A stretch of DNA of 62,977 bases, counting the filler. It is 4 parts of 4 records of this genome, joined end to end, with 100 filler letters (N's around TTAATTAATTAA, not from the genome) between each part and the next. Parts side by side here need not be neighbours in the genome. Positions count along the whole stretch, not along the records: positions 1 to 19,702 come from DRR723986_1722; 3 more parts are not named here. The stretch is one strand, 5' to 3'. Below are positions 1 through 7,854 of this stretch, one piece after another; position 1 is the first letter of the stretch, and each line of letters opens with the position of its first letter. Below the pieces are notes generated by a model. That model searched no databases. It was not told where the DNA came from and saw only the letters and a list, made by a program, of their open reading frames with translations. The translations under genes and the position numbers were made by a program.

Positions 1-729
1 TTCCCAGCCGACCGCGGCGTCCATCAGTTGAGCGGCCAGCGCCCGTAGCGGAATGTTGGCGACCGATTTGGTCCACCGTACTGCCCATTTCGGATTGGCC
101 TGGAGTTTCGCGACGATCTCCGCCACCTTTTCGTCCAGCGTTCCACTATCCGCGACATGGTTCACCAAGCCCAACTCTTGGGCCTTGCGTGCCGACAGCA
201 TCTCGCCCGTCATAAGCAGTTCCTTGGCCCGGGCAAAGCCGATGAGCTGAGGCCAGATCAGGGCACCACCATCGCCGGCCACTAAGCCAGCCTTCACATG
301 AGGGTCTCCGATCACGGCTTTTTCATCGGCAACGACTATGTCGCACAGCAAGGCAATGGTCGCACCAAGTCCTGCGGCAGCACCATTCAGACGACAGATG
401 ATTGGCTTTTCGATGTCCAGGAGGCTGGTCACGATCCGCTTTGCATCCCAGGCGATTGCGCGGAAGGTGGCCGGGTCTGCGATATGCTCTTCAAACCATT
501 CAAAATCTCCGCCCGCACAGAACGCCCGCCCTTTGGCCGTGAGAATAATGATATCACTGCCGGTGTCGCGCTGAAGGTCAGTGAAAACGGTTGCCAATTC
601 GTCATGCATGACACTGTCGACAGGGTTCATCGGGTGCCCGCTGTCGATCGACGCCGTCAGGACACGCCCTGCCCGCTCAAATGAGAAGCGCTCGTAGTCG
701 ACTTTGCAGATATCGAACGATTTACTCAT
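1..729 (-). CDS. Enoyl-CoA hydratase/isomerase (crotonase) family protein, 3' end runs off the window
   Basis: Not in ORF track; manual translation MSKSFDICKVDYERFSFERAGRVL...AFCAGGDF...KPIICRLNGAAAGLGATIALLCD...KAGLVAGDGG has crotonase motifs; ATGA overlap with upstream stop. Confidence 0.92.
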   Translation of the reverse strand, partial: MSKSFDICKVDYERFSFERAGRVLTASIDSGHPMNPVDSVMHDELATVFTDLQRDTGSDIIILTAKGRAFCAGGDFEWFEEHIADPATFRAIAWDAKRIVTSLLDIEKPIICRLNGAAAGLGATIALLCDIVVADEKAVIGDPHVKAGLVAGDGGALIWPQLIGFARAKELLMTGEMLSARKAQELGLVNHVADSGTLDEKVAEIVAKLQANPKWAVRWTKSVANIPLRALAAQLMDAAVGWE

Positions 730-1751
730 GGCTCTTCTCCCACCTGGACGACCCGGCGACCAAAATTTTCTCCATGAAACAGCCCGCAGAATGCGGCCGG
801 CATGTTCTCGATCCCTTCGAACCTCTCCTCCCGGACCGCCAGCTTTCCAGCAGTGATCATGTCGGATAATTCGCTCAAGGCTGCAGGAAATTCACGCGCA
901 AAATCGAACACGACCAAGCCCTGCATCCTGACCCGGTGCGTGATAAAGCGACGCGTATTGAAAATGCCGGGTACATCGGCGTCGCTGAGATTGTAATCAG
1001 CGACCTGCCCCGACACACATATCCGACCGTTCAGGCGCATTTTCGGAAGCACCCGATTGATCATCGCATTACCGACATTGTCGAACAGGATATCCACCCC
1101 TTCAGGCAAGGCCGCGCCAATATCGGCATCCAAATCATCCGTAGTTTTATAGTTGATCGCTGAATCGAACTTCGCCTCGCTGACCAGCCAATCGCACTTG
1201 GTATCAGACCCGGCAATTCCCACAACCTCCGAAGCCCCCCAGGCCTTTGCCAGTTGACCGGCCGTGGCACCGACCGGGCCAGCGGCGGAAGTCACCAGGA
1301 CGCGGTCTCCTTCCTTGAAACCTGCGACCGTTTTCAAGCCGCACCAGGCGGTCAATCCGGGTACGCCCAGCACGCCGATCCAGTAGGATAGCGGCAAGCC
1401 TGTATCAGGTATGCGCCCGATAAACCCCCGACCTGTCTGGATGGAATAGGTGCGCCAACCACCTGCAAAGTAGACGAGCGTGCCTTCGGTCCACTCGTCA
1501 TTACGGGTCGCCTCGACCACGCCTAAAGAGAAGCCGTCTATCGGCTGGCCAAGCGGCAGGGCCGCCGCATAGCTGTCCGTTCCGGACAGGCGGGAGCGGG
1601 TTCCAGGATCGACGGAGTTCCAGATATGGCGGACCCTGAACTGGCCATCCCGAGGCTCCGGCAAAGGGCCTTCCATCAAGGTAAAGTCACTCTCGGCGGG
1701 CACACCAACACAATGCCTTGCCAGACAAACCTGGCGCAAAACTTGGCTCAT
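726..1751 (-). CDS. NADP-dependent MDR oxidoreductase (prostaglandin reductase/CurA-like)
   Basis: SVDP, LGVPGLTAW, AAGPVG, FDNVG, GENFG motifs; ATG at 1751 with upstream RBS. Confidence 0.92.
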   Translation of the reverse strand: MSQVLRQVCLARHCVGVPAESDFTLMEGPLPEPRDGQFRVRHIWNSVDPGTRSRLSGTDSYAAALPLGQPIDGFSLGVVEATRNDEWTEGTLVYFAGGWRTYSIQTGRGFIGRIPDTGLPLSYWIGVLGVPGLTAWCGLKTVAGFKEGDRVLVTSAAGPVGATAGQLAKAWGASEVVGIAGSDTKCDWLVSEAKFDSAINYKTTDDLDADIGAALPEGVDILFDNVGNAMINRVLPKMRLNGRICVSGQVADYNLSDADVPGIFNTRRFITHRVRMQGLVVFDFAREFPAALSELSDMITAGKLAVREERFEGIENMPAAFCGLFHGENFGRRVVQVGEEP

Positions 1752-1876
1752 ATCTTCCCCTTGCACTGTTCATTGCATCTTTTATGGCGCTACTATTCCA
1801 TGATCACTCAATTGCGCAAAGCTAACCAAGGTCATGATCGTGTCAGAACGATCACGATCGAAATTCAGGGGGGCTC

Positions 1877-2320
1877 ATGACGAAGGCATTTCCAGAAAGC
1901 CGCTTTAGTATTCTGACAATCGGCGCGACTGACAAAGAAGCACTCACTCGCTTCTATGTCCAAGTGCTGGGATTCCGGCGTTTTGGGCCGGAGGAAATGA
2001 CCATGCTGGACGCAGGCGGCCTGGTGCTGGGAATCTGGGAGCGTGACAAACTCGCAGAAGATGCCGGCCAGACCCTGTTCCAGCAGGAAGGCTTTCCTGG
2101 CTTCGCCCTGGCATACAATGCAAGGTCTCGAGACGAGGTTGACACGATCTTCAGCCAGCTTGAGGCTTCCGGGGTGACGATCACCAAGCCGCCGCACGAG
2201 ACATTCTGGGGCGGGTATGGGGGATACTTCAAGGACCCGGAAAACAACGCATGGGAAGTCGCATTTAATCCGTTTTGGCCAATCAGCCAGGATGGGCGGT
2301 TATCCTTGCCCGAAGCGTGA
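1877..2320 (+). CDS. VOC/glyoxalase family protein
   Basis: ALAYNARSRDEVD...TFWGGYGGYFKDPENNAWEVAFNP. Confidence 0.9.
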   Translation: MTKAFPESRFSILTIGATDKEALTRFYVQVLGFRRFGPEEMTMLDAGGLVLGIWERDKLAEDAGQTLFQQEGFPGFALAYNARSRDEVDTIFSQLEASGVTITKPPHETFWGGYGGYFKDPENNAWEVAFNPFWPISQDGRLSLPEA

Positions 2321-2353
2321 GCGCACCGCTGAACATCTGAACAGGAGCCTACA

Positions 2354-3532
2354 TTGACCACTATTAGTAGAATAGCAGATGTCCGAAGAGCGGTCGAAGC
2401 ACTGAGTGGCGAACTCGCTGACCGCGCACACGAGATGGACCAGGTGCGCCGCTTGCCCGCTGATCTGGCGCACAAAATGGCATCGACGGGTATCTTCCGT
2501 ATCGTCACACCGAAGAGCCTCGGCGGGTTTGAAGCGTCCGCAAAAGAGGTTGTGGAACTCCTGGAACAGGTAGCCGTCTCGAATGCGAGCGCAGGCTGGT
2601 GCGCGATGATTGCCGGCACGTCTTGCCTCAAGGCGGCGTATCTTGCGCCCGACGTCGCGCAATTAATCTATGCTGATCCAAACAACATCACCGGAGGTGT
2701 GTTCGCCCCGATGGGGCGGGCTGACATCGAGGGGGATTTCTTCCGGGTGAATGGTCGCTGGCAATGGGGATCTGGTGCAGCCAACTGCACCTGGCTGGCA
2801 GGTGGCTGCACCATCTGGGAGAATGGCGAAATGCGCCGCATGGCGAACGGCGCCCCCGAAAGCCGAATGGTTATCTTTCCGGCTAGCAAGGCCCAGCTAG
2901 CTGACGACTGGCATGTCTCTGGCCTGCGCGGTACTGGGTCTGGCTCGTTTCAAGTCAACGACCTGTTAGTCCCCAAGTCTCGCTCTGTCTCCCTCGCTGA
3001 AGACTTGCCGCGTGAAACCGGTGCACTTTACAAGTTTCCGTCCTTCGGTCTGCTGGCGCTCGGCATTGCCGCCGTCGCGATGGGCAATGCCGCCGGGGCG
3101 ATTGACTCCGTAAAAGCAATTGCCGTTGCCCGCGGGCGTCAAGGGTCCAGGAAAACGCTTGCTGAACGGGGAACAGTCCAGCGCACCTTCGCTGAGACCA
3201 CCGCACAGTTCCGGGCCGCCCGCGCTTATCTCTATACGGAGGTAGACCGCGTATGGGATATTGCGAACGCTCTCGCTCCGGACCAGGCGATACCACTCGA
3301 TGTTCGGGCAGACCTCCGCCTGGCCTGCACGCACATGACACGTACTGCAGCTGAAGTTGCACGCTCAGCCTATGAATTAGGAGGAGGAGGATCGCTGTTC
3401 GAAAACTCGGACTTGCAGCGCCGGTTTCGGGATGCGTATGCCGCGACGCAGCACATCATGACTTCACCTGACACTTATGAAATGGTTGGTCGGGTCTTTT
3501 TCGGCGCCCCGCCTGATGGGGCCCTGATTTGA
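2354..3532 (+). CDS. Flavin-dependent monooxygenase oxygenase subunit, acyl-CoA dehydrogenase fold (HsaA-like)
   Basis: PKSLGGFE, SAGWC, NGRWQWGSG, DWHVSGLRGTGS, LQRRFRDAYAATQH; TTG start after AGGAG. Confidence 0.85.
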   Translation: MTTISRIADVRRAVEALSGELADRAHEMDQVRRLPADLAHKMASTGIFRIVTPKSLGGFEASAKEVVELLEQVAVSNASAGWCAMIAGTSCLKAAYLAPDVAQLIYADPNNITGGVFAPMGRADIEGDFFRVNGRWQWGSGAANCTWLAGGCTIWENGEMRRMANGAPESRMVIFPASKAQLADDWHVSGLRGTGSGSFQVNDLLVPKSRSVSLAEDLPRETGALYKFPSFGLLALGIAAVAMGNAAGAIDSVKAIAVARGRQGSRKTLAERGTVQRTFAETTAQFRAARAYLYTEVDRVWDIANALAPDQAIPLDVRADLRLACTHMTRTAAEVARSAYELGGGGSLFENSDLQRRFRDAYAATQHIMTSPDTYEMVGRVFFGAPPDGALI

Positions 3533-3591
3533 TCCTAGGGATTGAGGAAATCCGATTAAGCCAGATGGTGCTGTCATGTGTGAACGGCCCC

Positions 3592-3841
3592 GGTTCTGCA
3601 AGCACAAAGTTTGAGCGAGTGATAATCTGAGGGATGCGGTCATGTGTCCGGCCTGTTTGCGCGGCATGTGACCGCTGGCCCTGATGAAGTCCGCTTCCGG
3701 GTTCCTTTCAGACGATCGAGCTATGACACCCTGACACCACCGCGGAGTATCGCGGCAACAGCCCTATACTGATCATCATCACTCACATTCTGCCCTTACA
3801 GCTTTGGAACGACAGCGATACGCCGTCGCGGTTCGTGTTTT
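3592..3841 (-). ncRNA. Candidate IS1111-type seekRNA/bridge RNA region
   Basis: Long non-coding region downstream of the IS110 transposase stop, the position of the guide RNA in IS1111-group elements; boundaries not determined. Confidence 0.5.
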
Positions 3842-4572
3842 CTATACCATGGCTGGCGCCCGATAAGTTTCACCGCGCGCCATGACGGCCCAGGCAATGC
3901 GCGCCGTTTTATTGGCCATTGCCACGATCGTCCGTCGCTTCGACTTGGTCGCCAGGAGCGATCTGAGCCAGGCTCCTGTCGCTGACGGATTCGTGTCCGT
4001 TCTTCGGATAACGGATGTGGCCCCGACCACCAGGAGGCGCCGGAGATAGCCATCCCCCATCTTCGAGATACGCCCAAGCCTCTCCTTGCCACCCGACGAG
4101 TTCTGTCTCGGTGTGAGACCCAGGAACGCCGCAAACTGCCGGCCGGACCGGAAGACGGATGGATCCGGCACACTGGCTGCCAGAGCCGTCGCCGTCAGGA
4201 ACCCGACACCGGGGATGGTCTCCAGCCTACAGCTGATCTCATCCTGTCGATGCCAGGCCAAAAGCTGGCGCTCCAGGGCATGTATCTGCGCGCCCAATGC
4301 ATCGAGTTGCGTACCGATCCCGAGCAGCGCCATGCGGGCGATGTCCGGCAGCTCGGCATGGGCACCCTCCCGTAGCTCAGCGATCAGCTCCAGGACCTGA
4401 CGCGGTCCCTGAGGCGCGATGATCCCAAACTCGGCGAGATGGCCTCTGACCGCATTGAGCCGCATGGTGCGTTGGCGCATCAACAGATCTCGCGTTCGGT
4501 GAAGCACGAGCCCCCTGCCGATCGGCACTCTTGACCGAAACAAACGGCATGGTGGGACGCGTCACCGCCTCG
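3842..4572 (-). pseudogene. IS110 transposase, N-terminal DEDD domain missing, frameshift near 4510
   Basis: EAVTRPTMPFVSVKS then (other frame) LVLHRTRDLL..RGHLAEFG..IPGVG..GLTPRQNSSGG..KMGDGYLRRLL..ANKTARIAW. Confidence 0.88.
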
Positions 4573-4775
4573 CGGTAGCTGATCCGCTCGCCTTTATAGA
4601 CCAGATAGGGTGTGTCGGCATGCTGTGTCGTGGCGAGCCAGACCTCTCTTACGCTGCCCGGCCAGTTTTTGAAGTCCCTGACAATGTTTCCGAGCACTTC
4701 GGTTTCGATGATCTCGAAATCGCCGCCTGGACCCGTCAGCTTTTCACCGGCTGCGCGCAGTTCTTCATAGTACAT
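4566..4775 (-). pseudogene. 5' fragment of an acyl-CoA synthetase (adenylate-forming enzyme) fused to the IS110 remnant
   Basis: MYYEELRAAGEKLTGPGGDFEI...YLVYKGERISYREA resembles the N-terminus of long-chain acyl-CoA ligases; RBS GAGG upstream. Confidence 0.7.
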
Positions 4776-4825
4776 TTTCTATTTTTCCTCCCCTTCGATG
4801 CCTTGATGCTCAGCGTGCGTCACGA

Positions 4826-5596
4826 TCACGGTTCGTGATTCCACCAGGCCACGTCGGAATAGGCTCGCAGATCGAGTTCGTGGGTCCAGGCCGATCGGTG
4901 CTGGTGCGCCAAGTGATAATAGGTTTCCGCGATTTCCGCTGGTAGGAGAAGTCCATCTTTGCCCAGGCCGCGCGCTTGGCGAACCTTCTGAAACCGCTCC
5001 GGGCCCAACATCCTGCCCAACGTGTCCGGCGCATCTACCGCACCGTCGATGACGATATGGACCACATGGATACCTTTGGATGCGTATTCGGCGTTCAGAC
5101 TCTGGCACAACATCCTGCGCCCCCCCATGGCCGCGGCATGGGAGTGCTGTCCAGCATTGCCGCGAACCGCAGATGTGGCCGAGGTTACCAGCAAGGTTCC
5201 GCGACCGCGTACTTCCATCTTTGGCAGGATTGACCTTGCCGTCCGGAACAGCGCGAATGTAGCCATCCTCCATCCAAGCTCGAACTTTTTGAGTGATGTC
5301 TCCTCTAGCGAACGATTGCCGATCTGTGCTCCGAGATTGAAGAGCACAGTTTCAATGGGACCAATCTGGGTTTCGACGTCTTCAACCAGCGTTTCGATCA
5401 TGTCGTCTTCAACCGCATCGAGCATGAAGCCGCTGGCCGAACCGCCAGCTTCGTGGATTTCAGAAACGAGCTTGTTCAAGCCGTCTTCGTCACTGCGGCG
5501 ACACAGGACGGCGTGATACCCTTCGCGCGCAAAACGCTTGGCGACATTTCCGCCAATTCCGGCACCTGCGCCGAGCACCAACAGGACTTTCTTCAA
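4826..5596 (-). CDS. SDR family oxidoreductase
   Basis: GAGAGIGG Rossmann motif, TSATSA, GIHVVHIVIDGAVD, WTHELDLR; TTG start with GGAGGG RBS. Confidence 0.9.
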   Translation of the reverse strand: MKKVLLVLGAGAGIGGNVAKRFAREGYHAVLCRRSDEDGLNKLVSEIHEAGGSASGFMLDAVEDDMIETLVEDVETQIGPIETVLFNLGAQIGNRSLEETSLKKFELGWRMATFALFRTARSILPKMEVRGRGTLLVTSATSAVRGNAGQHSHAAAMGGRRMLCQSLNAEYASKGIHVVHIVIDGAVDAPDTLGRMLGPERFQKVRQARGLGKDGLLLPAEIAETYYHLAHQHRSAWTHELDLRAYSDVAWWNHEP

Positions 5597-5630
5597 GACG
5601 TATCCCTCCACATGGAAATCGAGACAGACC

Positions 5631-6275
5631 TCATGCGTGCACTTTGCTGAACTGCGCGGCATGGGCTAGGGCAGCTTCGAACTGACGCTTCGCGCTTGCT
5701 GTAAGGCATGGCAGCATAACCGCAAAATGATGCTCGACACATCTTTTCTGGTCTTCCCAGGAAATCTCAACGCGCCCCTCGGCGTCGTGTAGATAATCCA
5801 TCCAGTAGCGGCCGATGATCCAGATGGCACGGGTCAAAGCCTCGAGGTCCTCAACGGCGCCCTTGCGAAACAGGCCCTCCCTGTCGATCCTGAACATAAG
5901 GGCGCGGAACTCTTCAAAGCTTGCGGTCCATTCCGACAGGGGGGTGTCCGGACCTCGCTTGTACTGGGCACGATCGCGCAACAGGAACCGGTAGTTCCAT
6001 GCCAGCTTCATGCCGAACAGCAATCTTTCCACATAGGCATCGGCCACATTCCCTGGCCGCAAACGTGCTCTTCGCGCCTGGGCCTGCGCACGGACATCGT
6101 CCTCAATCCGACTGACGAGGTCACGCTTGGTAGGAAAATGATAGGACAGGTTGCCTTGTGAAATGCCAATCGACTTTGCGATCTCACTCAGCGAAGTTGC
6201 CGCATAACCCTGCTCATTGAACAGCTTCAGGCTCGCTTCAATAATTTGGTCTGCCGTGGACAGTCTCGAATTCAT
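5631..6275 (-). CDS. TetR/AcrR family transcriptional regulator
   Basis: IIEASLKLFNEQGYAATSLSEIAKSIGISQGNLSYHFPTKRDL HTH. Confidence 0.93.
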   Translation of the reverse strand: MNSRLSTADQIIEASLKLFNEQGYAATSLSEIAKSIGISQGNLSYHFPTKRDLVSRIEDDVRAQAQARRARLRPGNVADAYVERLLFGMKLAWNYRFLLRDRAQYKRGPDTPLSEWTASFEEFRALMFRIDREGLFRKGAVEDLEALTRAIWIIGRYWMDYLHDAEGRVEISWEDQKRCVEHHFAVMLPCLTASAKRQFEAALAHAAQFSKVHA

Positions 6276-6295
6276 TTTGACAGCCTACCTCGCAA

Positions 6296-6341
6296 TTGAC
6301 GAATTGGGTTACATGACCTAGAGATTAGGTCAAGACACCTA
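6296..6341. promoter_or_regulatory. Divergent promoter with two TetR-type operators
   Basis: TGGGTTACATGACCTA (6305-6320) and TAGGTCAAGACACCTA (6326-6341); together contain perfect TGACCTA-N5-TAGGTCA; TTGACG at 6296. Confidence 0.65.
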
Positions 6342-6390
6342 TTCATGAGTGTTGAATTGCAGCCCAGGGCATGCGGCGGGAGGAAAAATC

Positions 6391-7035
6391 GTGTCTCACA
6401 GGATTGATGTGTTCTGGTCATTCCGAAGCCCATACTCGTATCTGGTGACCCCTGATCTATTGCAGCTTCGTCGCGACTTTGATGTGCGCGTGGCTCTCCG
6501 GCCGGTCCTTCCCAATGCCGTCAGGTCGAAGGCGCTTCTCTTCGACGCTTCGGACAAGAAGCGGCCACGATACATCGTCATGGATTCGCGACGCCGCGCG
6601 GCTTATTTGGGATTGCCCTTCACATGGCCTAGACCGGACCCTGTGATCCAGGACCCGGACACATATGAGGTTCCAGAGCACCAGCCGCTCATCTGGCGCC
6701 TCACGGCCCTCGGGCTGGCCGCCGAGGCCCGAGGCAAGGGAATTGATTTTGCACACGCTGTTGCCGCGATGATCTGGGGCGGCACGGAGGGGTGGGATCA
6801 GGGCGACCACCTGAAGGACGCTGCCGCCTTGGTCGGACTGGACCTGGCCGAGATGGAAGCCGCGATCGATCTTGAGGCCGTGAGAAACGAAGTCGACGCC
6901 AATCATGAGGCTTTGGAGGGGGCTGGACACTGGGGGGTGCCGACCATGGTCTTCGAAGGCGAACCTTTTTTCGGACACGACAGGATCGAAACCCTGCGCT
7001 GGCGGCTTGAGGGCGCTGGCGTTTCAAGGCGCTGA
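6391..7035 (+). CDS. DsbA-fold kappa-class GST / 2-hydroxychromene-2-carboxylate isomerase family
   Basis: WSFRSPYSY and GHWGVPTMVFEGEPFFGHDR; GTG start after GGGAGG. Confidence 0.88.
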   Translation: MSHRIDVFWSFRSPYSYLVTPDLLQLRRDFDVRVALRPVLPNAVRSKALLFDASDKKRPRYIVMDSRRRAAYLGLPFTWPRPDPVIQDPDTYEVPEHQPLIWRLTALGLAAEARGKGIDFAHAVAAMIWGGTEGWDQGDHLKDAAALVGLDLAEMEAAIDLEAVRNEVDANHEALEGAGHWGVPTMVFEGEPFFGHDRIETLRWRLEGAGVSRR

Positions 7036-7105
7036 GACGGCCCCATACCGCCCCGTCCGCAAAGGTCGGCCCAAAGCAAAAACCACATCAATCGGGAGAA
7101 CAACC

Positions 7106-7717
7106 ATGCTGAAACTTCACTTCGCACCAAACTCTCGCGCCGGCCGAATTGTCTGGCTGCTCGAAGAATTGGGGCTGCCATACGAACTCAACAAAATGTC
7201 GTTCCACCCGAAGGACCTGAAATCGGATGAGCATCGCAAACGCCATCCGCTGGGCCGCATTCCCGTTCTCGAAGATGGCGATGTAACGATCTATGAGTCC
7301 GGCGCGATCGTCGAATACATTCTGGAACGCCACAAGAATGGCGGCCTGAAACCCGCTGCCGATGACCCGCGCTTTCCCGCCTACCTGCAATGGTTTCACT
7401 ATTGCGAAGGCATGGTCATGCCGCCCATCAACACGATTGTCGTTCAGACCATATTGCTGCCCGAGGACCGTCGCGACGCCACGGTGCTCGCCCAGGCCCG
7501 GAAGCTCCTTACCAAGACTCTTGCGCCGGCGGATGAGGCACTCGAAGGCAGGGACTACCTGATTGGCGACGTCTCAGGTGCCGACATCATGCTCGGGCAC
7601 GCCTGTTTCATGGCCAACCGGATGGGCTGCGTCACTGACGAGATGACCAATCTGAAGGGGTATGTGGAGCGGATCACGGCGCGCCCGGCCTTCCAGACCG
7701 CCATCACGATGAAATAG
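7106..7717 (+). CDS. Glutathione S-transferase family protein
   Basis: NSRAGRIVWLLEELG, HPLGRIPVL, IYESGAI, SGADIM. Confidence 0.93.
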   Translation: MLKLHFAPNSRAGRIVWLLEELGLPYELNKMSFHPKDLKSDEHRKRHPLGRIPVLEDGDVTIYESGAIVEYILERHKNGGLKPAADDPRFPAYLQWFHYCEGMVMPPINTIVVQTILLPEDRRDATVLAQARKLLTKTLAPADEALEGRDYLIGDVSGADIMLGHACFMANRMGCVTDEMTNLKGYVERITARPAFQTAITMK

Positions 7718-7854
7718 CGGCCCCGAGGCCGTCATTCTTCACAGAAGTCGAAACATGGGTGCTGTCATTGTCCGTCGTCAGCGAAGAAGGAGACATCATC
7801 GGTGATGTCCCCAAGCGTGAAGACAAAGATGAAAATGACTATTGATGAAACCGA

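Larger units (their letters stand above)
3572..4572 (-). mobile_element. IS110-family (IS1111-type) insertion sequence remnant: right end, 3' non-coding region and C-terminal part of transposase
   Basis: Transposase C-terminal motifs followed by ~270-nt non-coding tail ending ...TTGCAGAACCGGGGCCGTTCACACATG, resembling IS1111-type right ends; exact end approximate. Confidence 0.8.

Noticed and set aside
3567-7768. GGTGCTGTCAT repeated at 3567-3577 and 7758-7768 as target duplication
   Set aside because: 11-mer matches are expected by chance in 20 kb and IS1111 elements do not make such duplications; noted only because both lie near module edges
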